Of a stretch of DNA of 64,000 nucleotides, positions 48,415-58,108 are shown piece after piece. The notes under the pieces are model-generated. The model saw only the letters and a program-made list of their open reading frames with translations, was not told the origin of the DNA and did no database searches. Location: positions 1,600,001 through 1,664,000 of the forward strand of contig OY769902.1 in NCBI GenBank assembly GCA_963669175.1, read 5' to 3'. Positions within the stretch are counted from its first letter, which is position 1. Every line of letters begins with the position of its first letter. The DNA is from a bacterium (GTDB lineage: Bacteria > Electryoneota > Electryoneia > Electryoneales > Electryoneaceae). The translations under genes were made by a program, and so were the position numbers.

Positions 48415-48717
48415 ATGTCCGATCCACTGGCTGCCCTGTTGAATCATGATGATGATCCCTACGGCGCGAAGAAAGCACATGCTCTGCTTTCGAAGCTCTA
48501 TGATTCGCACAAGCGTGAGTTCTTTCTCGAATCGGTGGAGAACCTGATGCAGCGTATCGTCACGCTTGAAATGTACCTGGAAGAAGAAAAAGGGATGGAA
48601 ATCTCCGCCGACGAACTGAAAAAATTCCGTGAGGCTCACCTGCCACGAATCCATCAGGAAGTGGAACGTTTCGGGCAGATTCTGTTCGGCTCGGTGGCGC
48701 ATAAAGAGGGCGGATGA
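48415..48717 (+). CDS. Small helical hypothetical protein
   Basis: ATG 48415 with a GAGG RBS; host-like codon usage; follows the sufT-like gene. Confidence 0.7.
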   Translation: MSDPLAALLNHDDDPYGAKKAHALLSKLYDSHKREFFLESVENLMQRIVTLEMYLEEEKGMEISADELKKFREAHLPRIHQEVERFGQILFGSVAHKEGG

Positions 48718-49040
48718 TTAAAGTTATAAAGTTTTAAAGTTGAAAAGTTATAAAGTTGGAACGTTCCAAAGCTATTTTTTTATTGGGTTCCCTGCCGGCT
48801 TGAACACTACACACTTGGCCTCGCCGGCTTGTACTCTACGCAATTGGCCCCGCCGGCTTGAAGCACGCCGAAGCGAAGCGAAGGCGGCTGCTCGGCGGTG
48901 GTCTATTCTTATTCAAATCAAGAGAAATCAGTCCACTTGTCTGAAATCCCGACTTTGCCTGTCCGCTTCAGATGTGGGATAAAGCTCTGCTTCCATATCA
49001 AGTGCGGCAAAGGTATCACCATCAACACAGGGCGAAATCG

Positions 49041-49436
49041 CTGTCTCATACCCACATCTTCTGAAAGCTGTATCAGTAAAAGAGTTGTGGACATAGCATT
49101 TTTAGAATCCCGGCGGGATTCCCTATTTTAGCATAGTGTACAGGCCGTCTGTTTGGCCTGTACACTATGTCAGGTATTCTAACGAATAATCAACCCTGGA
49201 AGGGTTGCATAATACGCGATTCATATTAGTACGTTCAATAAATACAGGAAATAACGCATTTAATATTCTATACAAACCAATTGGGTGTAAATTATACGTT
49301 ATGCAACCCTTCCAGGGTTGAGATAAGGTTTGATCTTTTTCGTAGGGTAGACGCTAAACAGACAGCGTCAACCCTACGCTAAAATATACCACCCCCTCTG
49401 GGGTGGCAGAAACACGAAGATGTGAGCAAGAGACAG
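49041..49436. mobile_element. IS50/Tn5-like MITE, copy 1
   Basis: Ends CTGTCTCATACCCACATCT / AGATGTGAGCAAGAGACAG; 10-bp direct repeat GGCGAAATCG on both flanks. Confidence 0.9.
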
Positions 49437-49690
49437 GGCGAAATCGGGCTACCCATTAGTAGTCTACAGTTTGACAATTCCAAAGTGGTTGCATTTGATT
49501 ATTTTTATCCTGCAAATCCTTCTCCATCCTGTGAATCTTGTGAATTGGGAGATTTCTGACAACTTCGCATTGCCTCCCTTCAACTGCGAAGATCTGATTT
49601 TGTAACTTCTTACTCTTGCTTGGAGAGCGTGAGGTATGTACGTTCCCAGAGGAACGGGGTTACGGCAATGAAAAGCGTTCGCGAGGGGAG

Positions 49691-51763
49691 ATGAAAGTAC
49701 TGTTAACCGGTGGAGGAAGTGGTGGGCATGTGTCGCCCATGCTGGCGGTCGCGGACGCCCTGCGCTCACTGAAGCCTGATCTTCAATTCCTTTACGTTGG
49801 CGTTCCCCAGGGTCTTGAAGCGACTATCCTGCCACGAACCAATATTCCCATTGAATTCGCTCCTTCCATTGGTATGCCCGGTGGGAAACTGTCCCCCGCG
49901 ATGCTACGCTTCCTTTTGACTTTCATGGCCGGTGTGTTCAAAGCCATGCTGATCCTGATGAAGTACAAACCGGATGTGATTGTCGCATCGGGCGGATTCG
50001 CATCTGCGCCATCGGTGTTCGCGGCTGGAGTATGGCGAGCCCTCACTTTCGGAATGTGGAAGCTTCCGGTATACCTGCATGAACAAAACGCGGTTCCGGG
50101 TCGAATGAACCTGGCGGCAGCACGCATTGCCAACAAGATTGGTCTTGCGCATGAAGCCGGGAAACGCTGGTTCCCGGCGGGAAAAGCCGAAACAGTCGGC
50201 TACCCGGTACGCGGTTCGGTGCATGAGGTAACTCGTGAGCAGGCGCGTGAAGAGCTGAACCTGGGTGAAGACGAACGCTATATCGTCGTGTTCGGTGGCA
50301 GCCAGGGCGCACGTACCATCAACCGTTCCGTTGTGGATGCGCTGCCGTTCCTGTCCACACGCAACGACATCCGTATCATCCACGCTTCCGGAACTATCAA
50401 AGGCAGCGAATACGATTCGGCGCGCGATACAGAAGAGCGCTTGAAAGAGCTGGGGCGTGTGCCCGAGTGGTATCAGCGTGTGGATTACCTGCATGATATG
50501 CCGAAACACCTGGCGGCGGCAGACCTGGCGGTGATCCGTGCCGGGGCGGGGGCGTTGCTGGAAGTATGTGCGCTCGGAATTCCTTCTATCGTGATCCCGA
50601 AAGCCAATCTTCCCGGAGACAGCCAGGTAGCCAACGCTCGTCAACTGGCTGCAGTCGGTGCGATTGACCTGGTTTACGAAGAACCCTCCCTGACCGAATC
50701 CGGGCTGATTGAGGAAGTGCCGGGCGAGAAGCTGGCGGAACGAATCCACGCCTTGTTGGACGGCCCCTCACGACGCGGTGAATTGGCTCATTGCGCAAAG
50801 CAGAGTTATGATCCCCAGGCTGCGCTTCGAGTTGCTGTACAGGTTCTCCAATTTGGCGGGGTTGCTGATGTACAGGTCGATGACCTGAAGCCGGTGTTGA
50901 ACGGAAATGGAAAGACCCAGATCACGTATGAAACGCCGACGCAGCTTCGTCGTGGCGTGGAGAAACGGTTGGGCTTCATCTTCGAAAAGGCGTATTCACA
51001 TGGCCGGATTGAAGATGATGAAATAACACGTCTTGAGGATCTTGATTATTTGCGCTATCGTGGGGCGGCGTTGCTGGTGCATGGGGCCTGGCAGGTTCGC
51101 AATGAAGGGATCAAGCTGCTCGGATTGACCCGGCATGAAGATCGTTTGATGTTGTTACTCCATGTTTTGACAGATCGTACCCCAGCGCCCAAACTGCACC
51201 GTTATTTGGGTGGCGACTGGAAATACGTCGGTTTTGAACGCCGGAATGTGCTCTCATCGCTGGCCTTTATTGGTGTGTGGAATACACGGGTTCGTGATGC
51301 GGTGGTTTTGTCGCTGGATGATCCGTATTACGAAGTACGTTCGGCAACCTTGAAGCTGTTGCGTACTCTTCAGCGGGATCGTGTCGGGGTGATGGATCCG
51401 GAAATTCGTCCCATCAAGTTTGACGATGAGATCCCTGCCAAAGTGCGACATCTTTGTCGTGACAACAGCCTTGAAGTACGGGTAGAAGCGTTGCATACCT
51501 TCGGCTGGGTGGGAGCGCCAAACGACGTTCTGGATGTCTGCCTGCCTCTGTTGCAACACCAGAAAGTGCTGGTTCGCGAGGGGGTGCTGAAAGCGTTTCA
51601 CGCCCTGTTGAACCGATATGGCTCCGAACGTGACTGGATTGATCGTCTGCATGGCGAGCTGGATCAGTTCCTGATCACCAGTGTTGCCGTTCATCCGTAT
51701 TTCCCGCTCAAGGAACAATATGCCATGCTCCAGAAACGGCTGCTGCCGGGAGGTGAAGCGTGA
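49691..51763 (+). CDS. murG: MurG glycosyltransferase fused to a C-terminal HEAT/ARM-like helical domain
   Basis: TGGGSGGH, HEQNAVPG, FGGSQGA, RAGA and QVANA; ~300-aa extension with WQVRNEGIKLLG, DPYYEVRSATL, DNSLEVRVEAL and VLVREGVL repeats. Confidence 0.9.
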   Translation: MKVLLTGGGSGGHVSPMLAVADALRSLKPDLQFLYVGVPQGLEATILPRTNIPIEFAPSIGMPGGKLSPAMLRFLLTFMAGVFKAMLILMKYKPDVIVASGGFASAPSVFAAGVWRALTFGMWKLPVYLHEQNAVPGRMNLAAARIANKIGLAHEAGKRWFPAGKAETVGYPVRGSVHEVTREQAREELNLGEDERYIVVFGGSQGARTINRSVVDALPFLSTRNDIRIIHASGTIKGSEYDSARDTEERLKELGRVPEWYQRVDYLHDMPKHLAAADLAVIRAGAGALLEVCALGIPSIVIPKANLPGDSQVANARQLAAVGAIDLVYEEPSLTESGLIEEVPGEKLAERIHALLDGPSRRGELAHCAKQSYDPQAALRVAVQVLQFGGVADVQVDDLKPVLNGNGKTQITYETPTQLRRGVEKRLGFIFEKAYSHGRIEDDEITRLEDLDYLRYRGAALLVHGAWQVRNEGIKLLGLTRHEDRLMLLLHVLTDRTPAPKLHRYLGGDWKYVGFERRNVLSSLAFIGVWNTRVRDAVVLSLDDPYYEVRSATLKLLRTLQRDRVGVMDPEIRPIKFDDEIPAKVRHLCRDNSLEVRVEALHTFGWVGAPNDVLDVCLPLLQHQKVLVREGVLKAFHALLNRYGSERDWIDRLHGELDQFLITSVAVHPYFPLKEQYAMLQKRLLPGGEA

Positions 51764-52884
51764 TAGGGTTGATCGCACGCTGGCTGGCCGGGTTTGGTGA
51801 TCCCTGGGACGCCTTCCGAGTACTGGATTATGTATCTGTCCGGGGCATCGGCGCCGCCATCACCACCCTGCTGTTCATGCTGCTGCTGACTCCCCCGATG
51901 ATTCGCAAACTCTTCCTCGCCGGGCAACGGGATACGCAAAGAGACTTTGATCCACAGTTGGCACGTTCCAAGCGTGGCACGCCAACGATGGGCGGCATGA
52001 TTGTGCTGCTTTCCCTGTTTGCCAGCATGTTCCTGTGGATGAATCCCCTGAGTGCGTATACCTGGGTGTTGGGAAGCGCATTGTTGGTGTTCGGGATGCT
52101 GGGGGCGGTGGATGATGTGAACAAGGTGCGTGGCGGTAAGGCGGACGCTGGATTGTCTCGTCCAGCCAAGCTGATTGTTCAGACCGGGTACGGGCTGGCA
52201 TTGGGCATGTTCCTGTACAGTAACGCCACAACCCCATTCCCGGAGCAGATTTCTGATACGATTGGGGTGTTATTCCTCAAACCAAGCATTTACGGTGGCC
52301 TGGATGTTCACCTTGGCTGGTTTTACATCGTATTTGTCGCGTTTGTCGTGGTCGCCATTGCCAACGCGGTGAATTTGATTGACGGTCTGGATGGCCTGGC
52401 TGCAGGAACTACCATTCCTCCGGTGATGGTATTCGGCGTATTTGCGTATATCCTGGGCAACTTCCGCTTGTGCGACTACCTGCTGTACAACAACCTGCCC
52501 GGTGTACACGAGGTGACGGTTTTCGCGGCGGCGCTGATTGGAGCGTTGGTCGGGTTCCTCTGGTATAATGGTTACCCGGCGGAAGTGTTCATGGGCGATA
52601 CCGGCAGCCTGTCGCTCGGCGGGGCGCTGGCGGCGATGGTGGTGCTGACCAAGCAGGAATTCCTGTTCATTATCGCAGGCGGGCTTTTCATCTTCGTCAA
52701 TGTCACCCATGTGATCGGAGATCGTATCGGGATCTCACTGCTGGGCAAACGTATCTTCTATCGTACCCCGATTCACCATTCCTATGAATTCCTTGGCCTT
52801 GCAGAAACGAAGGTCTCGCTACGCTTTGCCATTGTCGCGTTTGTGCTGGCCATGATGGCGCTGGCGACAGTGAAAATCAGGTAA
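51760..52884 (+). CDS. mraY: Phospho-N-acetylmuramoyl-pentapeptide transferase
   Basis: KRGTPTMGG, GAVDD, NAVNLIDGLDGL, YNGYPAEVFMGDTGS and PIHH; GTGA overlap with murG. Confidence 0.95.
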   Translation: MIGLIARWLAGFGDPWDAFRVLDYVSVRGIGAAITTLLFMLLLTPPMIRKLFLAGQRDTQRDFDPQLARSKRGTPTMGGMIVLLSLFASMFLWMNPLSAYTWVLGSALLVFGMLGAVDDVNKVRGGKADAGLSRPAKLIVQTGYGLALGMFLYSNATTPFPEQISDTIGVLFLKPSIYGGLDVHLGWFYIVFVAFVVVAIANAVNLIDGLDGLAAGTTIPPVMVFGVFAYILGNFRLCDYLLYNNLPGVHEVTVFAAALIGALVGFLWYNGYPAEVFMGDTGSLSLGGALAAMVVLTKQEFLFIIAGGLFIFVNVTHVIGDRIGISLLGKRIFYRTPIHHSYEFLGLAETKVSLRFAIVAFVLAMMALATVKIR

Positions 52885-52980
52885 AAAAGGTATAGAAGGT
52901 AAAGGAAGATTGTAGTTTGAAGACATAGATTGTGCTGACTGCCCCTGCTTGCTTGCAAGCAGGGTTTATATTGATTTTTT

Positions 52981-53313
52981 GGTTCCACACAAGAATTTGT
53001 GCAACCGGGCAATGTTGTGGCAGGTCTTGACGCGACGGTCCGTTTTCGGCTTTCGCGATGTTTTCCCGAATACACGATGATACTGAAACCACCTCTCGTC
53101 CTGTTATTGTCGCGTTGTGACCTGCCACCGGTATCTGCACTCTCGCTGTCGTCAGGTCACAACGTGATGCCTGATGATGATCTATCATGCGAAATAGCAG
53201 CTGTGAAGTCGGACAGGTGTCTGAAATTGCGGAGAAGAACAAGAAAAAGGCATCACGTCAAGACCTGACGAAACGTGCTCGTCGGTAATATGCACAAATT
53301 CTTGTAAGCAGCC
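52981..53313. mobile_element. MITE with terminal inverted repeats
   Basis: Left GGTTCCACACAAGAATTTGTGCA versus right reverse complement GGCTGCTTACAAGAATTTGTGCA; internal CAGGTCTTGACG/CGTCAAGACCTG inverted pair; second copy at 29069. Confidence 0.8.
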
Positions 53314-53403
53314 ATTCTGTTGTTATCTCGCCAATTCGTGTGCGTAGGCTTATCCGTATAACGACAACAAGATAGACCAGATCACTTTTCATCTCCACCA
53401 GGC

Positions 53404-53490
53404 TGTCCAGCACGCCCCCACTTTGCGCCTCAAACAGCTCGATGAATTCAAGGGATTCCGTGGCATTATCACATCCGGCAAGAATGAGGG
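53404..53490 (-). pseudogene. Fragment of a third copy of the 21718/22397 lipoprotein family
   Basis: Minus strand reads LILAGCDNATESLEFIELFEAQ, then with a one-base shift VGACWT, matching LILAGCDNS...EPFDARVGAYWT. Confidence 0.6.
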
Positions 53491-53619
53491 AAAGCTAGAT
53501 GGAATATGGTGATTGTAGCGTCCTCGAGTTGGTCTGTACGCCCGGTTTGCGTATCTTACTCACGGAATGCAACGCTGGAGAGTGCGTTATCTAGCCCGGA
53601 TATTTCATGAGTACGTGGT

Positions 53620-53771
53620 ATTCATTCTCACGAAGGTGGGAATCCAGTCATGTTTGATATTCTGACACGCTGGATACCATCGAGGAACGTGGTACATTAG
53701 AAAATTAGTATTAGTACGTAACTTTATGTCTTATAGCTACTTGCCTAGATCCCCACCTTCGTGGGGATGAA
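53620..53771. repeat. Inverted pair of CATTCCC..GAAG..GGGAATC-type hairpin repeats
   Basis: TTCATTCTCACGAAGGTGGGAATC and GATCCCCACCTTCGTGGGGATGAA. Confidence 0.65.
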
Positions 53772-53976
53772 TGGTTCGTGGAAAATGAGTTAGATAGTAG
53801 CAGAATGATCACCGGTACGAACTATCTCTTGATAAAATAAGTAGAAGTCCTTTCTAATACATTGATATTATAGGCTATATAATTATCTTCTATGTTACAC
53901 TCGTGAAGTATTCGGGCCACTAGGCGTTACTGGTAATCATTCAAGAAATGTCAGAGTCACCGGGGTTACTTGCAGT

Positions 53977-55230
53977 ATGGCTCAACCTCATCCCGATTCA
54001 CCGCTGCCCCCAGCGAGTTCATTGCCATCCGTGCTGATCGTGGATGACGTGATGAAGAACATTCAACTTCTCTTCTCCATCCTTGCCGATGAGGGTTTCG
54101 ATATCCATTTTGCCACCAACGGGAAAGCTGCGCTGAAGCACCTGGAAGAACGCTCGGTGGATATCATTTTGCTCGATATTATGATGCCTGAGATGGATGG
54201 TTTTACCGTCTGTAAAAAACTGAAAGAGAATGAGCGGACCCGGCATATTCCTGTCATTTTTCTGACAGCAAAGACAGATGCTGAAGATAAAGTGCGAGGT
54301 CTGTCGCTTGGTGCAGTGGATTATATGACAAAACCTTTCCATGGGCCGGAAGTGCTGGCACGTATTCGCAATCAGCTCAAAATCATAGATCAACAGAAAA
54401 CAATACAGGTTTACAATGAGAAGCTGGCGCAGATGCTGGAGGAACGCACCCGTGAACTGATTCGCACGGAACGTCAGGCGGTATTCGGGCAGTTGGTGCA
54501 GGGGATTGTTCACAACCTGAAGAACCCCCTGGCATCCGCAATGATGAGCGCTCAGATGATTACAGACAGTTTTGAAAAAGTGCTCGACCCGGATCTTTCC
54601 CAGGAAGACAAGCTGGCGATGTTCATGAAAATGAAAGATCGTGTGGAAAACGCGGTTGATTTTATCTCATTGTCCCATGAAACCCTGGATAAAATGATCA
54701 GCTCCCTGTTGGTGAAAAGCCGCATGGACAGCACGGAAAAAGAGGTTGTATTTGATCTGAATGAACTGGTGAAGCGTGAGCTGGAATTCCTGCAAGCGGA
54801 TCTTGAATTCAAGCATAACGTGGAAAAGGTTGTAGAGATGACCCCGCTACCCGCTACTATTCAAATGGCGCCGGGGAATATGAGCCAGGTCTTGCAGAAC
54901 CTGATCCGAAACGCTCTTGATGCCATGTATGCAACCAAGGAAGCACGTATTCGCATTGAGACCAGGCGCATTCATGAACATATTCAGCTGAAAATTTCCG
55001 ATAACGGTCCCGGTATCGATCAGGCTATTATTGACCAGATATTCGACCCCTTCTTCACAACCAAACCATTGGCGACCGAGTCATCTGATGATGAAGATAC
55101 CCCACGCGGCACCGGATTGGGACTGTGGATCTGTAAACAGATGATTACTACCGCCGGAGGCAATATCACCGTTCTCAGTGAGCCAGGCCAGGGAACAACC
55201 TTTACCATCACTCTGCCCCTGGCGCGATAG
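53977..55230 (+). CDS. Hybrid response regulator / sensor histidine kinase (REC-HisKA-HATPase)
   Basis: LIVDD, LLDIMMPEMDG, TKPF, HNLKNPL, NLIRNALDA, DNGPGI, FDPFFTTK and GTGLGL. Confidence 0.95.
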   Translation: MAQPHPDSPLPPASSLPSVLIVDDVMKNIQLLFSILADEGFDIHFATNGKAALKHLEERSVDIILLDIMMPEMDGFTVCKKLKENERTRHIPVIFLTAKTDAEDKVRGLSLGAVDYMTKPFHGPEVLARIRNQLKIIDQQKTIQVYNEKLAQMLEERTRELIRTERQAVFGQLVQGIVHNLKNPLASAMMSAQMITDSFEKVLDPDLSQEDKLAMFMKMKDRVENAVDFISLSHETLDKMISSLLVKSRMDSTEKEVVFDLNELVKRELEFLQADLEFKHNVEKVVEMTPLPATIQMAPGNMSQVLQNLIRNALDAMYATKEARIRIETRRIHEHIQLKISDNGPGIDQAIIDQIFDPFFTTKPLATESSDDEDTPRGTGLGLWICKQMITTAGGNITVLSEPGQGTTFTITLPLAR

Positions 55231-55575
55231 AACAACAAGGTTATGCAACAAAAGGGATTGTTTCTTGTCGCCGTTGTGTGCTGATCAGTCCCGATGCGCT
55301 CAGAGCATAGCGGTGTAAACTGCCTGTTCAAGAATATTCCTGCTGCACAATATGTTTAAAATCAGATACTTGCGGATCGGCCACCCCAGGTTCCCCTAAT
55401 CCCGACTTGCTCATCATCCGCATCACAAGACGACGCCCCACAAATGTTGTCAACATTTCGAGAGTATCATGCTACACTTCCGGCAAATCGGGCCATGCAT
55501 TCCTGTGCAGAACTGCTGGAAACGTACAGAGTCACCCAATCTTTCGTGTAAAACCCCGAGATCCCCGTTCGAGCC

Positions 55576-55971
55576 CTGTCTCTTACCCACATCTTCTGAA
55601 AGCTGTATCAGTAAAAGAGTTGTGGACATAGCATTTTTAGAATCCCGGCGGGATTCCCTATTTTAGCATAGTGTACAGGCCGTCTGTTTGGCCTGTACAC
55701 TATGTCAGGTATTCTAACGAATAATCAACCCTGGAAGGGTTGCATAATACGCGATTCATATTAGTACGTTCAATAAATACAGGGAATAACGCATTTTATA
55801 TTCTATACAAACCAATTGGGTGTAAGTTATACGTTATGCAACCCTTCCAGGGTTGAGATAAGGTTTGATCTTTTTCGTAGGGTAGACGCTAAACAGACAG
55901 CGTCAACCCTACGCTAAAATATACCACCCCCTCTGGGGTGGCAGAAACACGAAGATGTGAGCAAGAGACAG
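55576..55971. mobile_element. IS50/Tn5-like MITE, copy 2
   Basis: Ends CTGTCTCTTACCCACATCT / AGATGTGAGCAAGAGACAG; flanks GTTCGAGCC and GTTCAAGCC; nearly identical to copy 1. Confidence 0.9.
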
Positions 55972-55973
55972 GT

Positions 55974-56222
55974 TCAAGCCGGGGATGACACAAGGTCAAG
56001 CCGGGGATGACATAAAGTCGAGCCGGGGATGATCTTGACCGCATGGCCCGACTTGCAGGTTTCAAGGATGCCGTTCGAATCATACTGACAACAAATATAA
56101 ATCGTAGTCCTGGGATAATGATAATGAGCAAGTCGGGAATTGCGAAAAGTTGCAATATTATACCAGCATTTGCCTGTCAACTCAGGTCTCGGGGATGACA
56201 TAAGGTCAAGCCGGGGATGACA
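55974..56222. repeat. Cluster of TCAAGCCGGGGATGACA repeats
   Basis: Copies at ~55974, 55997, 56018, 56187 (partial) and 56206; also at ~6926. Confidence 0.8.
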
Positions 56223-57507
56223 TGGAGGCCTCAATCTGATCAATTCTGTCCTGGTAGCTTTTCGCGGCTGCCGGGTTCAGTTCCAGCGCACGTTTTTCCG
56301 ACATGATCGCTTCCTCATGCATGCCCTTTTTCCAGTAGACCATGGACAACGTATCCCAGATGTTGTCATCCTCCGGGGCAAACTCAACCGCTTTACGTGC
56401 CGCGTTGAGTGCGTTGTCCAGGTTCGCGCCCTGCAACGCCCAGAACCAGGAATAGGCATTCAGACCATTCGCGTCTTTCGCATTGATCAGTCCCTGGGCA
56501 TACTCGGGCCCATACGCCTGCATTGCCTTTTCTTCGTCACCGGAGGCGGTGAAAATGGCGGCCAATGCTTCCAGGTCATCCGGTGCGAGCTGATCCTTGA
56601 ACCGTTCAAACAGGATGGTAGCCTGTTTTATCCCGGCAGCCTGGCCCTTCTCTTTGTCCTCGGGATTCAGACTGGCGTAAAATCGGACAACCCACGCGAA
56701 AACGGAATAATTGTCCGGATGTGACTTTTGCAGGTCAGAGAAAATGTCCAGGATGTGCGGACGTTTTTCTTCGTTACGAAGCTGACGGGCCAACAGACTT
56801 CCCACCTCATTAAACATCACACTCTGCGGGAAATCATCAAGGAAAGCGGTCGTCTTGTCCGGCGCATTGTATACTTGGAGCGCACGTGCATATTCATACA
56901 CCGAGACATCTTCACCATTAGGACCAAAGGCTCCTTTTACGGCGCTGGCAGCGTCTTCATCTGCTACGATAGCGTCAACATATACCACCATGCTGTCAAA
57001 CATATACTTGTCCTGAAACCATCCGGCGAGTTGGGCTGCGATTTCAGGATTGGAAGGATCGGCGCTATACGCGCTTTTCATGCTCAGCAGGGTATTTTCA
57101 CCACGGAGCATGCGTTCGAGCTTCGCCTGCACCTTTTCAGGATGGGCGCCGTAACCGACGAAACGATCTACCTCTGCGCCATCAGACTGAACGACGATGA
57201 CCTGGGGAGTGCCACGTACGGCGAATCGCTCGAAAACAGCTTTGCCAGCGTCTGACGTCCTGTCAGTATGAAAGGCGACGAAATTGGACGAAATGAAATC
57301 TTCGAATTCAGGGTTGTTGAAGAACTGCTGATCCAGCAGTTTGCAGGGGGTTCACGTAGGCGAGTAGAAATCGATTACAATATGCTTGCCCTGCGCTTTC
57401 GCCTGTGCCAGGGCCGCTTCAAAATCACCCTGGAACCAGATCGACTGCTGCCTTGAGCAACCGGTCAGGAAAACCAGCAAGGCCATCATGGCCAATGTTC
57501 TCTTCAT
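56206..57507 (-). CDS. Thioredoxin-fold plus TPR lipoprotein, candidate selenoprotein (UxxC; UGA at 57352-57354)
   Basis: ATG 57507 with a GGAG RBS: MKRTLAMMALLVFLTGC...WFQGDFEAALAQAKAQGKHIVIDFYSPT-UGA-TPCKLL...FAVRGTPQVIVVQSDGAEVDRFVGY, continuing in frame into the tracked ORF 56206-57132 (LNAYSW, IWDTL, ALELNP TPR motifs). Confidence 0.85.
57323..57341 (-). promoter_or_regulatory. Candidate bacterial SECIS element
   Basis: mRNA hairpin AACUGCUG-GAU-CAGCAGUU begins at the 11th nt after the UGA and has G in the apical loop. Confidence 0.7.
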
Positions 57508-57598
57508 GCACTACTCCAAATGGTTCTATGTTCTCGTAAAGACTTACTCTTGTCGCAGCAACCTTCCCGTGAAGGGAACAAGATAAGGTTTCAGTCCG

Positions 57599-58019
57599 TA
57601 GAGTGCTAACCCGGATATTGCACGACTGGCACTTGCACATATGATCCTTGATGGAAATGCCAGGGCAAGAATCCTCGATGGAAAGGGCAGGAGGAGAACC
57701 ACGGCAGTGGTTCTCGGTATTAGCCCACCGTCCAGCGCCGTCTGTTTGGCGCTCACGGTGGGAAATGAATGCTCTCCTCATGAACAACCCCGGTAGCGGG
57801 TTGCCTAACCATTCATGTTGTATATCTTTATTAATCTTTAGGTTACTCCTACCGGAGTAAATATATGGTGGGAATCATCTCCCCGGGTAGCCGCCAAACA
57901 AACGGCGGCTACCCGGGGCTAATACAGGTTGCCCCTGCCGGGGCGGTTTCCGAAACCCAGCCTCATTTTGCCAGCGAAACGGGAATAGCCACGCAATGGG
58001 ATACCGTAGCAATTTGTAC
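57599..58019. mobile_element. Hairpin-rich MITE-like element (inverted copy of ~41490-41871)
   Basis: Reverse-complement colinearity of several hairpin blocks; boundaries approximate. Confidence 0.75.
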
Positions 58020-58108
58020 CCTGAATAATGCTGAATGATTCAGTTGTATTGTGCTGATATGAACTGTGTTAAGATTATTCTCCATGTTTCGTTCATGAAG
58101 TATTCGGG

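Noticed and set aside
49041-49059. Nextera/Tn5 adapter contamination
   Set aside because: The ends differ consistently from the adapter, occur as inverted pairs around the same interior, and carry site-specific target duplications.
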